This document shows positions 21,527-32,984 of a DNA stretch of 64,000 bases, piece by piece. Within the stretch, counting starts at the first letter, position 1; every line of letters begins with the position of its first letter. Location of the stretch: positions 24,883,550 to 24,947,549 of the forward strand of contig NC_069006.1 in assembly GCF_001194135.2 (NCBI RefSeq), read 5' to 3'. A program made the position numbers and the translations under genes. Origin of the DNA: Octopus bimaculoides. Its lineage: Eukaryota. The notes under the pieces were generated by a model. That model saw nothing but the letters and a program-made list of their open reading frames with translations, did not search any database and had not been told where the DNA came from.

Positions 21527-24500
21527 CTAAAATGATAGAAAATTGAAGATCAATGACAATTCCAAGTATCAACAGAATGGTCTTGCTGTTTGGGGGGGGG
21601 GGGAAGAAAACAAACAATATTGTTAATAACAACAAAACAAAAACAAAAATTACAAAAGACATTTCATAGAAACTGAGGTTTTAGTTTGGAAATTTCTTCA
21701 GCATTTACATTTCCAGTGTTGATTCTTTTATAGATACCAACCTGCTGGAGAATGAGTCACAAACACCAGTTTAATTAGGCAATTAATTTTGTTAAACCTC
21801 TCCAATCACAGATAATTTTTTTCCAAAATTAATTGAAACATGTAAGCAGTGTTTTAGAAAAAGGATAAAGCTTAACCATTTAGCATTTAGATTACTCTTA
21901 AAAAATGAAATGCTTCTTTATTCCAATTTTCCTTTCCGTTAACCCTTTTGATACCAACCCAGCTGAAACCACCCAATCTTCCACCAAACCTTAGTCACAA
22001 TTTATGCTCTTAACACTAGCTTAATGATAACGAAGTTATTTTACTAAATTCTTTGTTATATTCAAAATTAATTGAAAGAAACACAGAGCATCTCAAAAGA
22101 AATACAGTAACGAAAGGGTTAAACATGCATTGCAAAAATCAGTGAAAGTTCTTGGTAATCTCTACCCAACTGGAGTTTGATTCAGCTCTGATCCAGTTCG
22201 AAACTCCACAACATGGCTGTTGAGGTTAGAGATTATACAATCTCTGTAATAGTAGAACAGCTGGGGAAGGGGTACACGATTCACTTTGGCAGAGGCACTT
22301 TTGGGTCTGCTGTATCAGCTGTATTGGATCAGGGGATTGTAGTGGGATACTCAAGGGCTGACCCAAGGAGCTCACACTCTAGCTATGCCAATGCTACATA
22401 AACACCTAATTAGTTGTTATTTCTTACTTATTTCAATCATTTGACTGCGGCCATGCTGGGGCACTGCTTGAGGAATTTTAGTCAAAAAAACTGACCCCTG
22501 TACTTATTTCACTTATTAAGCCTGATACTTATTTTATCAGTTTCTTTTGCTGAACCTCTAAGTTACAGGGACCTAAATGCACCAACACCCATTGTGAAGA
22601 GGAGGTGCAGAACAAACGCAGGCACACATGGAAGGCTTCTTTCAGTTTCCAGCTATGACATCCACTCATAAGGTTTTGGCCAGCCCAAACCTATAGTAGA
22701 AGACACTTGCCCAAGGTGCTATGTGGTGGAACTGAACCTGGAACCATGTAGTTGGGAAGCAAACTTCTTATCACACAGCCACGGCTGTGCCTAGTAATAT
22801 TTACTGTAGAAAACTTAATTTATTTGGTATGCATGGTGTGTATTTAAGTCATTGACCCCTGGGGGAATCAAAAGTGAAATTGAACTTGGCGGGAGCTGAA
22901 CAAAGAACACAAATTAAAACACTGCAAGACATTTTACTTATACACCACTGATTTTTGTGACCAAAATTACCTTTTAAAACAACAATAATAATAACAGGTA
23001 TTGTACCCAAAATGAAGCACACAACAATGTTGCTAAAAATATAAAATATCAGAGCAAAAAAAAAAAAAAAAAACCCAACCAAAATTCCCCAAACGGCATG
23101 CAGCACACCAATAAGAAGTTTATATTAAAAAAAAAAGAAAATGTAAATCCCATTTGAAATAACATGAAAAACTGGAAAATTTGAAAATAAAAACAAAACC
23201 CTTTAGCAGTTATAGCACCAAAAGTGTGGTGAAATGTGTTGTGTTTTGATGTCAACCAGTGGCTTTTAACTGGGACCGATATAAGTGTTTTTTTGGGTGG
23301 GGTGAGTCCACACAAGCAAAATAGTAAATTGGGGACACACAGTAGTAGGGTCCATGAAAAATTTTTGTTCTAGATGTATTTATTGCAAGAAACAACCAAG
23401 TTTCTTTCTTCTTTGATGTTTTACAGAGTTCAAAGAAGTTTCTGGTTACTGGAACCTGTTCTCTCAGAGAGTTTTATTGCAAGCCTACACAAGTAAATGG
23501 AGAAAAACAAAATAGGAATTTTGAAAGAAGTATTTATAAAACTACTTGGTTGGCAAAGAAAGTAATTTTGGTTTTTTTAGTGTGAAAAAAAAAAGTCCAT
23601 AAATAAAAAGTGGTTGAGAACCACTGATGTTGATGGTTGAATGAAGATACTAATGGGGTCAAAAAAAAAAAAGGAAGAAGAAGAAAAAAAGAGGCTAATG
23701 AGTTTGTGTGTGGATGCAAGTGTTAAATGGTGAGGTTTCTCTGCTGTTGCTACTAAAGGTAACAGAAAACTTAGGTAACCAGGTGTAACTGGTGGATTTT
23801 AGGAAATGGGTTGGACACTAACCACAACCTGGAAAATTAAATAAAAGCTAAACCCAGAGACTTTTTCCAGTTTTGATCTGCTTCATAGTAGTCCTAAAAG
23901 TTAAAAGTCATTGCCACCACTGGGAACTAATGTGGTGTGTAATAAATGTCCCTCCAGAAATGCCAATCCTCATTGACCCCTTCTGTGTGAGCTGGAAGTG
24001 ACCTACCCTTCTAGATATTGCTACAATGTGGCAATGGTAGGGGACACAAAATATTTTGTGTATAGCAGCAATTGGTTGCAGTGGAATGGAAGGANNNNNN
24101 NNNNGGGGGGGGGTGTCCAGTGGACTGAAAAAGTTTGAGAGAAAGACACTTGGTTGTTATACAAAGCTTCAGTTCTAAATTAGTAACGAGTTATGGATTA
24201 AATAATTAATAGCTAAGGTGGTAAGGGTGCAGGCATGGTTGGTGACAGGAAAGGCATCCAGCCATAGAACATCAGTGTCAACAAATTCTGTCTGACCCAT
24301 GCAAGCATGGAAATGTGGACGTTAAAATGATGACGATGTCAAATATAGATAGACATTAGATATAAGAAGCACGAGTTCATATCAGAAGAGGAAAACTGGT
24401 CCCTTCAGTGGGCAGATTTGTCTTCTGTTTCAAATTGGTGCTTATGAAGGTCCTAATAATATCAGAATTCTAAAGAAATGTACAATGTAACAAAATCAAT

Positions 24501-26189
24501 TAAACATCATCATCATCATTTAACGTCTGTTTTCCATGCTGGCATGGGTCGGACAGTTTGACAGGAGCTGGTAAGGCTGGGGACTGCATTTTATCTGTGT
24601 TACTAATAGCTCCAAAAAAGTCAATAAAATTGGTTACAGGTTAAATATATGAATGGTTAAAGACGAGCATATCAACTGGCATTATTTTGACCATTCAAAG
24701 GCAGGAATATGGCAGAACCATTAGACAGACCGTTGGACAAAAATCCCACGTGGTATTTAATCTGGCTGTTTACGTTCTGAGTTCAAATCCTGCCAAGGTC
24801 AACTTTACCTTTCAGGGTTGATAAAAAGTACCAGTCAAGTAGTGGAGCTGATGGTATTAACTAAGCTTGTATTCTCACTTAAAAAAAAAAAAAAAAACTG
24901 ACTTCGTACCTAAAATTAAGAACAATTAGTTCAACTACGAAAGGGGAGTGAAACCAGTTTTTATTCAGACACAACAGAGTTATGTTCCTTCGCTCAATGG
25001 CTGTAGTTAGCCTGTAGCTTCTCAAACTAGTCATTCAAGCAATATTTCTGTTTCCGCATAAAAAAACAAAAGGATGCTATTTAATGACTTACAAGTGAAT
25101 GCCCTCATTTGAAAACAATTGCTACTTCAAATCTGAAGAACGATTATTTGGCACGGGATTACAGGTCACAGATTGAAACCCTTGAATGAGAAGTTGTTTA
25201 AAGGACAAAACACTACAGCTGAAGAGCAGTGGAGTGGTGCACAGATACTACAGTAGAAAAAAACACACCCCCAACTTAGCACAGAATGGGACTGAACCTG
25301 ATGTCACATGGTTGCAAAGCAAACTACAGAACCACACAGCCACGCCTGCACCTTGCAATGTATTTGAGAAATTTAAGCATTAAACTCTCTCTCTCTCTCT
25401 CTCTTTATATATATATCAGAAAAATTGAATGTAGGAGATCCATATTTTTATCCATGTGAGAAAGAGATGTGAGTCATGTCTGACATCTAACTATAACTAC
25501 AAATATCCGACAGGACTCACATCTCTTTCTCACATGGATAAAAATATGAATCTCCTACATTCAATTTTTCTGCCATATTCTTTCTCGAGTTCATTGTATT
25601 ATGGTTTATACTTCCTGCACTGAAGAGTACATTGATATATTAAATTAATTTAATCACGAATTAATATTATCATCATCATTATATATATATTAAAGATTGC
25701 TGCTAAAGCAATGCAGAAGGATGTATTAGTATAGGCAATACAGAGTGGAGAGAGTGAGAGAGAAGAGGAAGGAGAGAGTGAGAGAGAAGAGGAAGGGGAG
25801 AGCATAAGAGAGACAGAGAAGGTGAAGAAGATTTAAAGAAATTAGAGAGAGAAAAGTAAAAAGAAAGCTGGAAGGAGGTTTACCCATTACCAATTGTGTA
25901 TTCACCCAATTGCAAGTATGCGTTCACCCCAGTATGAAGTGTGTGTTCATCCAATGACTGATAGCGAGTATGTTTCCCTGATACCAAGTGTGCGTTTGCC
26001 CCAATATGAAATACGTTCACCCAACATCAAGTGTTTTTTTTTTTTGACCACATTTGCAAAAGAGCAAGAGGAAAGAAAAAAATTGAAAAAAAAAAAAAAA
26101 AATTGAAAAAACTGCCAAGTTAAATTTGAACCGGCCGTCATGCCAACCAAATTGCACCCTTAGCATGTGTTGTAGAGTCAACTGATTAC

Positions 26190-26851
26190 CTGAGTTGGTG
26201 TATTGCCAATGTGGTACCTGTTCATTGACACCAGAATATTCCGATGACGACGACGATGACAACGATGGCAGAAGTTTGGACATGGCTACCAGAGGCGACT
26301 GTATGGGGCCTTTAGCCTGCGGGAGATGCAACAATGCAGCAGGGGGCACAGTCGGAATGCCCGTCACTCTTTTCTTTAACTGACCCGAGTGAGACTGGTC
26401 GGAGAGCAACAACTTGTCGGCACAATTACGCAAACCTTGGCTGGCATGGAAGTCTTTGTAGTCCTTGTGTTTGCATGGTTTGTCAGAGGATGTGGAAAAG
26501 CATGGAAAACATAAAGTCGAAATAGATCTACAATGCACACATTCAGCGGAACCTAGGTTCAAACAGGGGTACGTATAGAGGCCAAGCTTTCGTTCATGTT
26601 CATACACATGCTGACAAGCACATCTCGATGGTAACGGGATGCTTTCAAGAGGAACACGTTTAAAATGAACATTGTGAAAATTAGATTTCTTTGTGCTGCA
26701 AACTGGTGACGAGGATGGTGAGGCCCGACCAAAGTGATGGAAGGAGCCATGTCTTGAGGGTTTGTTGACAGCACTCAGATTTGGCAGGGCCTTACTACTT
26801 AGATGGTTAGCAGGGTGGTTAGCATTCATGTTTAACGGATAAGCAGACTGA
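26190..26851 (-). CDS. KSR: Large Cys/His-rich KSR exon (5' boundary uncertain, next to gap)
   Basis: About 220 open codons in the KSR frame. Candidate acceptor ttttttgtAG at 26852-26853. Donor TCAG|GTAATC in phase 1, in frame with exon 21466-21526. I recognise no homology to fly or human KSR. Confidence 0.65.
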
Positions 26852-27106
26852 CTACAAAAAACATCANNNNNNNNNNNNNNNNNNNNNNNNNNNNNNNNNN
26901 NNNNNNNNNNNNNNNNNNNNNNNNNNNNNNNNNNNNNNNNNNNNNNNNNNNNNNNNNNNNNNNNNNNNNNNNNNNNNNNNNNNNNNNNNNNNNNNNNNNN
27001 NNNNNNNNNNNNNNNNNNNNNNNNNNNNNNNNNNNNNNNNNNNNNNNNNNNNNNNNNNNNNNNNNNNNNNNNNNNNNNNNNNNNNNNNNNNNNNNNNNNN
27101 NNNNNN

Positions 27107-27227
27107 GCAGGAGAAGATGGGGTGGATGAGTTACAAGACGATGTGTTGGAGCCTGAATCCTGGCGTTGGAGTGTAGGAACAGACTTCACCAGCTTTATAA
27201 TGCTTCGCCGAGAGTTTTTGGGAGAAC
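27107..27227 (-). CDS. KSR: KSR Ser/Thr-rich CA4 exon (3' end lost in gap 26867-27106)
   Basis: tttttctAG|GTTCTCCC. SPKNSRRSIIKLVKSVPTLQRQDSGSNTSSCNSSTPSSP, matching the KSR SSCxSSTPSSP motif. Confidence 0.9.
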
Positions 27228-29689
27228 CTAGAAAAATAGACATACAGAGGAGTGAGGAAACATTACTTGACATTAGGGGTCAGGAAACATAAGAATGACA
27301 TTAACCCAGATTAAAAAATCAAAAACAACAACAAATTGGTTTTAGGCTTCTTTCTTTCCTTTTTTTTTTTTTTAGTTTTCTGCCATGATATTACACAACA
27401 AACAGACAACAATGAACAGTGATTTCTGATACAGAACAACATACCATAGAGAAAACCACAAAACAAATATAACAACAACAACAACAGCAAATTATGATTG
27501 CAAAATGAAAACCATTGAAGACAATTGGGGGGTGGAGGGAGAAGGGCAAAGGTGAAATATTTAAACAAACAAATTATTTTAACTATGTTGTCTGGAACTA
27601 TTTTTGGCTAGCTTTTAATATTAAATTTCAAATCACATCTACCGAGAGGAGAAACTAGTGACAAAGTCTTATGTAGGTCAGCAGTTCTTAACCAAGGTAA
27701 ATTAGGGAGCTACGGTGGTATTTTAGGGCCCTATGAAAATGTTTCGCTAATCAGCAAGATTTCTTTCTTTAACACTTAACATAGTCCAACATGTTTCTGG
27801 CCATTGAAACATGTTCTCTCAGAACCTACACCAGTGAACCTACACAAGTACACACACGTGTGACAAACAAAATAAGTGTTTTGAAACATAGAATGGCTAT
27901 GGAGATCCACAAGAATAAAATAGGATGCAGGTACTCGATGTTACAAGAAAATAGTAGCTAAATCACAATTAAATAACGCCATTATCTTATAAAAAGAAGA
28001 GCAAATTGATAATGCAGTCCATGATACGCTACGACTAAAAATTAAAAAAAAAAAGATATAGATGGTCATGGCTGGAATGCCTTTGATCATAAGGAGGTGT
28101 ACCAGATCATGGCTGGCCTGGAGCTAAAAACAAACAACAAAACTAACCAAGAAACTATAGACATGAACAATTTCAATGTTTAATGAGACCTGGCTAATTA
28201 GTCAGAAATTAATGATGAATTAATTAGTAGATTGAATTGATTAGATGCTAAAACGTGACAGCTAGAACCCCCCCCCCCACACACACCTCTGCTGCTTCTC
28301 CACAAATTTGCAGAGTATACATCTGCACGTGACCCTGCTGAACATACCTCCATGCAGTCATGATGGAACAGAAAAGTCAGCAAACAGCACCTTTTCTCTA
28401 CACAATTTTTGAAGTCTCAATCTTGAAATATTGTAACACCAGGTAAAAGGACTAAGCAGCAACCTGTGTTTTTAAATAACTTACATTAAGGAAAAGAACT
28501 GAAAGATATTTGTAAGAGACATGTGAGAGGATGGGACATGCCGGACATGAGGTCACCACAGAACACATGCAACAGTAGAACATTTGATGCAACTCAAAGA
28601 CCAGGTTTGAACTAGGAAGACTCGAAATGGATGGAATGGTAACAAATTTAGAAAATACACTACAGAAATAAGACAGCAACATTATAAGTAAGCTTGGATG
28701 AGAAACAGCGAGGGACAGGAACATTCAACAAGTCTCCAACGGACATATAAAAGATATATATATGTACAGGACAACATAAACAAAACAGTATGAGGAGACT
28801 GGTGAAAGATGAGAAGAGAGAGTGAAAATGAAAACAGTACATAACATACATTGAACTAGATGACAAAAAGGCAAAGATCATTGCACCCAAATATGATTGC
28901 TAAATGCTGTTTGATAGACGAGGACAAATAGAAACACAAAGACATTGATATGTCATGAACAGAACCAGAACATAAGTAACAACAACAAAGAAATACAAAC
29001 AAAAAACAAGCAAAATAACTTTAAGAAATATCAAATTGTTGCTTAACAAATAATCAAGAGCAATATTTTGTATTGTTTTAGCTTCTTGTAAAATATAAAC
29101 ATTGCTCAACCATTTTAAGAGCAGAATTTCTTTTCATTTGACCCTTTAACGTTCAGATTACTCAATCAAATGTCATGATCATTTATTCACATTGTTTTGA
29201 ATCAACCAGGCATTATCTTGTAGCTTTCAGATTTCAATAATGTGATTGTTTGGACATAAAACCACTCGAATATTCAGGCCAGAGATGGACTATTTTCAAT
29301 GGTAATGGGTTCTTTTAGTGAGAAAGGAAGAGCAGTGCCTTTGACTGTTTGTATGCCTTCTGACACTGGTGGGATGGAGGGAGAGATGACTGCCAATTGG
29401 AGGTCAAACCCAAATGCTTGGAACAGAGGCACCAAAGCACACAAGGTTCAGGCAGTGGTGTTAAACCGAAGAAGAGATGAAGTCTACAAACCAATTCCTT
29501 ACAGTGCTTCACTGTAATATAATAGCTACAATGAGACATTATACCAACATTGGTTAGAACCGAAGACATTTTTTGTAGGTTTAGAGCCTGTCAAACCATC
29601 CTTTTTATGGCAACTCATTGGATGTGTTAAGTAATAAACTATTCAATATGTTTTTTTGTGTTATGTTTCAGTACGCAATCGGGGTTCTA

Positions 29690-30250
29690 ATCAAACCAGC
29701 CCCTATTTATTGTGAGATATGCAGTCCCGAAAGTTTAGGAATTTAAAGTATGTAAGTCAGTTGGCCCTCATTTATTGAGAGAGATAAAATCTCTAAGATT
29801 TAGAAATTAAAAGCATGGTTAGTTGATCCCTGTTTAAAGGGAGGCATAAAGCAAGATTATATTTAGTTTAGTCTAAGACATGTGGTTGGTTAGTCCCTAT
29901 TTAAGAGGAGACATTTTATGCAAGATTAAATTTAGAAATATAAAATGTAGTTAGTTGGCCCCTACATATTGATAGGCATCCCTAAAATATAGGAATCAAA
30001 GCATGATTAGCTGACCCCTATTTAAAGGGAGATACATTATGCAACATTGTATTTTGTTTAGCTTAAAATGTAGTTAGTCCTTATTTACTGGGAGACATCC
30101 CTAAAATTTAGGAATAAAATGCAGGCAATTAATCAGCCCCTGTATATATCAGGAGACATCAGGAAGATTTAGAAATTTAAAACTTTGTTAGTTGGTGCCA
30201 ACTTTTTGAGAAATATCCCTAAAATTTAGGAATTAAAAATACAATTGGTC
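29690..30250. repeat. Degenerate minisatellite, about 55-65-bp unit, about 9 copies
   Basis: Recurring agttggcccctatttaaagggagacatccctaaaatttaggaattaaaagcatg-like unit. Confidence 0.7.
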
Positions 30251-30800
30251 AGTTATTTGTTTGAAGACATTAAAGAGTTTGTTGAGAGACTGGAAAGCTG
30301 TACCAAGATGGTCAGGTGATTGGTCAGAGAATTTTTTTCTCGAACATAGATGTTGTTTACCTGTTTGGTGATGAATTGTTCAGTCTGTGTATGTAGTTGC
30401 TTCTCTATAAATACAAAAATTTACAAAATACAACCACCATACAAAATGCCTCGAGCTATTAGAATGACCGCTAAGTGAGGGGAGGGAGTAAAGATGTCCC
30501 TAGTATTCGCATAAGTGCAGCAGTACATACATACAGAAGCGTGCCTGCACACCCACGTACATGTGCCTACATATATATACTCATCCACCCTCACTTGAAA
30601 CACACACAAAAAAAATAATATATATATACCTGCATACACGCTCACACACTCGCACAAATGATGGCGTGGGTTCCCACTCCGGCATCCGAAACTCGGAGTT
30701 TTATCATGGCTACCAAATAATTGTCACATATTATTTACAGATAAATTCCTCTATTTCCATAATATCAAGGTCTCTTTCTTTCTTTTGTTGTTTTTTTTAT

Positions 30801-30842
<42 letters not shown>

Positions 30843-31224
30843 TTTTACTTGTACCAATTATTAGACTGTCGCTATGCTGAGGCACCGCCTTGAAGAACTT
30901 TTGCGAAGCGAATTGATCCCAGAACTCATTGTCAGGCTCCTTTTGCTGAACTGCAAAGTTATGGGGGTTGTAAACAAACCAACACCGGTTGCCAAGCAGT
31001 GGTGGTGAACACACGCGCGCGCGCTTTCGCATGCACACACATGACGGGTGTCTTTCAGTTTCCTTCTATCGAATTCACTCCTATGGCTTTTGGCCGGCCT
31101 GGAACTCGTGTGATTGGGAAGCAAACTTCTTACTTCACAACCACACATAATGCATGTGTATATATGTGTATATATATATATAAAACGGTGTATAAAGGTA
31201 ACATAAGTGGCATATCTAACTCAC

Positions 31225-31289
31225 CATACTTTAAAGGAAGGCTGCAGGTATTGGGAGCTCTATTGGCACAATCGCGATGGCATTTATAC
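31225..31289 (-). CDS. KSR: KSR C1 zinc-finger exon (second half)
   Basis: atttccAG|GTATAAA...GTATG|GTGAGT. YKCHRDCANRAPNTCSLPLKY. Completes the H-x-C-x2-C-x-C-x2-C-x-H-x2-C-x-C C1 pattern. Phase 2 to 1, in frame with the 27227 exon. Confidence 0.93.
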
Positions 31290-31572
31290 CTGGAAATAAT
31301 AAACAAATAACTTGAACTGACAAACAAAACGTTTTAAAAAGTTACTTTTTCTTCTTTCCTTTATAAATTAGCTATGGCCCCATGAGGAACAGAGCTGATG
31401 GCCTTTTGCTGGTTGGAATATTTTAGCTGCAAGTTTCATCTTGTGACACAGCCTCAAAGAGAAAAACCATTTTATAAATAGTTTGTAACACAGCATTACA
31501 TCGTGACAAGTTACTAAATGATTGTAACACAGTGCAATATAGTACATGTTACAAAGACCTTGTAACACAATA

Positions 31573-31779
31573 CAGTAATCCCTTGATTATCACGTGTGTT
31601 ACATTCCCCTACCCCCATAGGTGAAAATCTGTGAAGTAGAAACAGTACTGTACTGTATATTGTTTTTGTTATTATTTTTGTAATTTGTATATATTTATTT
31701 TATAATAAATGCAAAACAACACCACGGAGGAATCGACGTAAGCTTAAATAATAAACTGCGATATGGCAAGGGGTTACTG
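31573..31779. mobile_element. Tigger/pogo-type MITE
   Basis: TA|cagtaatcccttgattatcacg ... gcgatatggcaaggggttactg|TA, i.e. TA target duplication and CAGT ends. Confidence 0.7.
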
Positions 31780-32328
31780 TATAGAGACAAGGTATAGAGT
31801 TTGTAACAATACAGGAATATTTGGATCATGATCATAAGGTCAAGAGTTCAAATACTGGTGGCGTGTTGTGTCCTTGAGCAAGACACTTTATTTCTTGTTG
31901 CTCCAGTCCACTCAGCTGGCAAAAATGAATTGTACCTGTAATTCAAAGAGGCCAGCCTTGTTACATTCTGCGCTTTGCCGAATCTCCCCGAGAATTACAT
32001 TAAGCGTAGATTTATCTGTGGAATACTCAATCACTTGGACATCAATTTCAGGAGCAGGCTGTTCCGTTGATTGGATCAACTGGGACTGGAACACTCAGCC
32101 AGTTACATATCGACAGAGTTTGTGACAGTATGATACAACGATAACTAATCCACGGCATGTGACACGGTTTGCGATAGGCTCCTTTAGCAATACTTTGTGA
32201 CAGTTCAATATGAGGTAGGTGTGGTGGCTTCCAGAAGTTTGTGACACAACCCAGTAGAGAGACAACTCAACTTGTTTGTGGCACAGAACTAATCAAAGAG
32301 AAGGATAGAAAAAACATGCAACACTTAC

Positions 32329-32409
32329 CTACAATCTTTACATATTTTTCCAAATAAAACATGCTTCCTACAATAGTCACAGATCTCAAACATAGGTTTA
32401 ATGATAAAT
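32329..32409 (-). CDS. KSR: KSR C1 (CA3) zinc-finger exon
   Basis: ctatttcAG|ATTTATC...TTGTAG|GTAAGT. FIIKPMFEICDYCRKHVLFGKICKDCR. Phase 2 to 2. Confidence 0.93.
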
Positions 32410-32950
32410 CTGAAATAGATTAAAGGAAAGTATGGGATTAATGTGGAAGACAGTAAGTTTTGTCATTCAGAAACACACAAAGACTGTCAACTTCACTTTA
32501 AACCTCTTTTTCTAAAATGGTGTGTCATAATTGTCATTACTTGAAACTGTAACCTGTTCACAAGTGTAAAATATTGCTACATCTGAAACTTCTGTGATGT
32601 AGGCACAGGAGTGACTATGTGGTAAGTAGCTTGCTTATCAACCACATGGTTCCAGGTTCAGTCCCACTGCATGGCACCTGTGGCAAGTGGCTTCTACTAT
32701 AGCCTCGGGCCGACCAAAGCCTTGTGAGTGGATTTGGTAGATGGAAACTGAAAGAAACAGATTCTCATCTTTTTACAAGTGAATGAACACAAGGTCTAAC
32801 TGCAGTTTGGCAACAAGGACCACAAGAAGGGGTTTGAAGTGTTTTATGTATTGAAATTTTTATTGTTAAGTATTCAGTTGTCACTGTTAATTTGAAAATG
32901 GGAAAACGAATGGTAATAGATATCATATTATAGATTTGGGATAAGTACCA

Positions 32951-32984
<34 letters not shown>

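Noticed and set aside
22213-22401. ORF ending ...GYSRADPR, superficially like a gamma-glutamyltranspeptidase C-terminus
   Set aside because: Only a few matching residues, no splice context, antisense within a KSR intron and adjoining SINE-like sequence.
28348-28498. Donor-like sites at 28348 (FHHDCME|GTATG) and a 14-nt microexon at 28485-28498
   Set aside because: Phases or stops are incompatible with the KSR chain, and the C1 HRDC motif is already supplied by exon 31225-31289.
29690-30250. Possible CRISPR-like repeat/spacer periodicity (also 44105-44280)
   Set aside because: Whole units are similar with no unique spacers, the context is eukaryotic, and there are no cas genes.
30361-30404. 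44-nt exon-like segment (strong pyrimidine tract, AG...CAG|GTAAAC) between the C1 and CA4 exons
   Set aside because: Its length is not a multiple of 3 and exons 31225 and 27227 already join in phase. I found no convincing compensating exon. Unresolved without RNA data.
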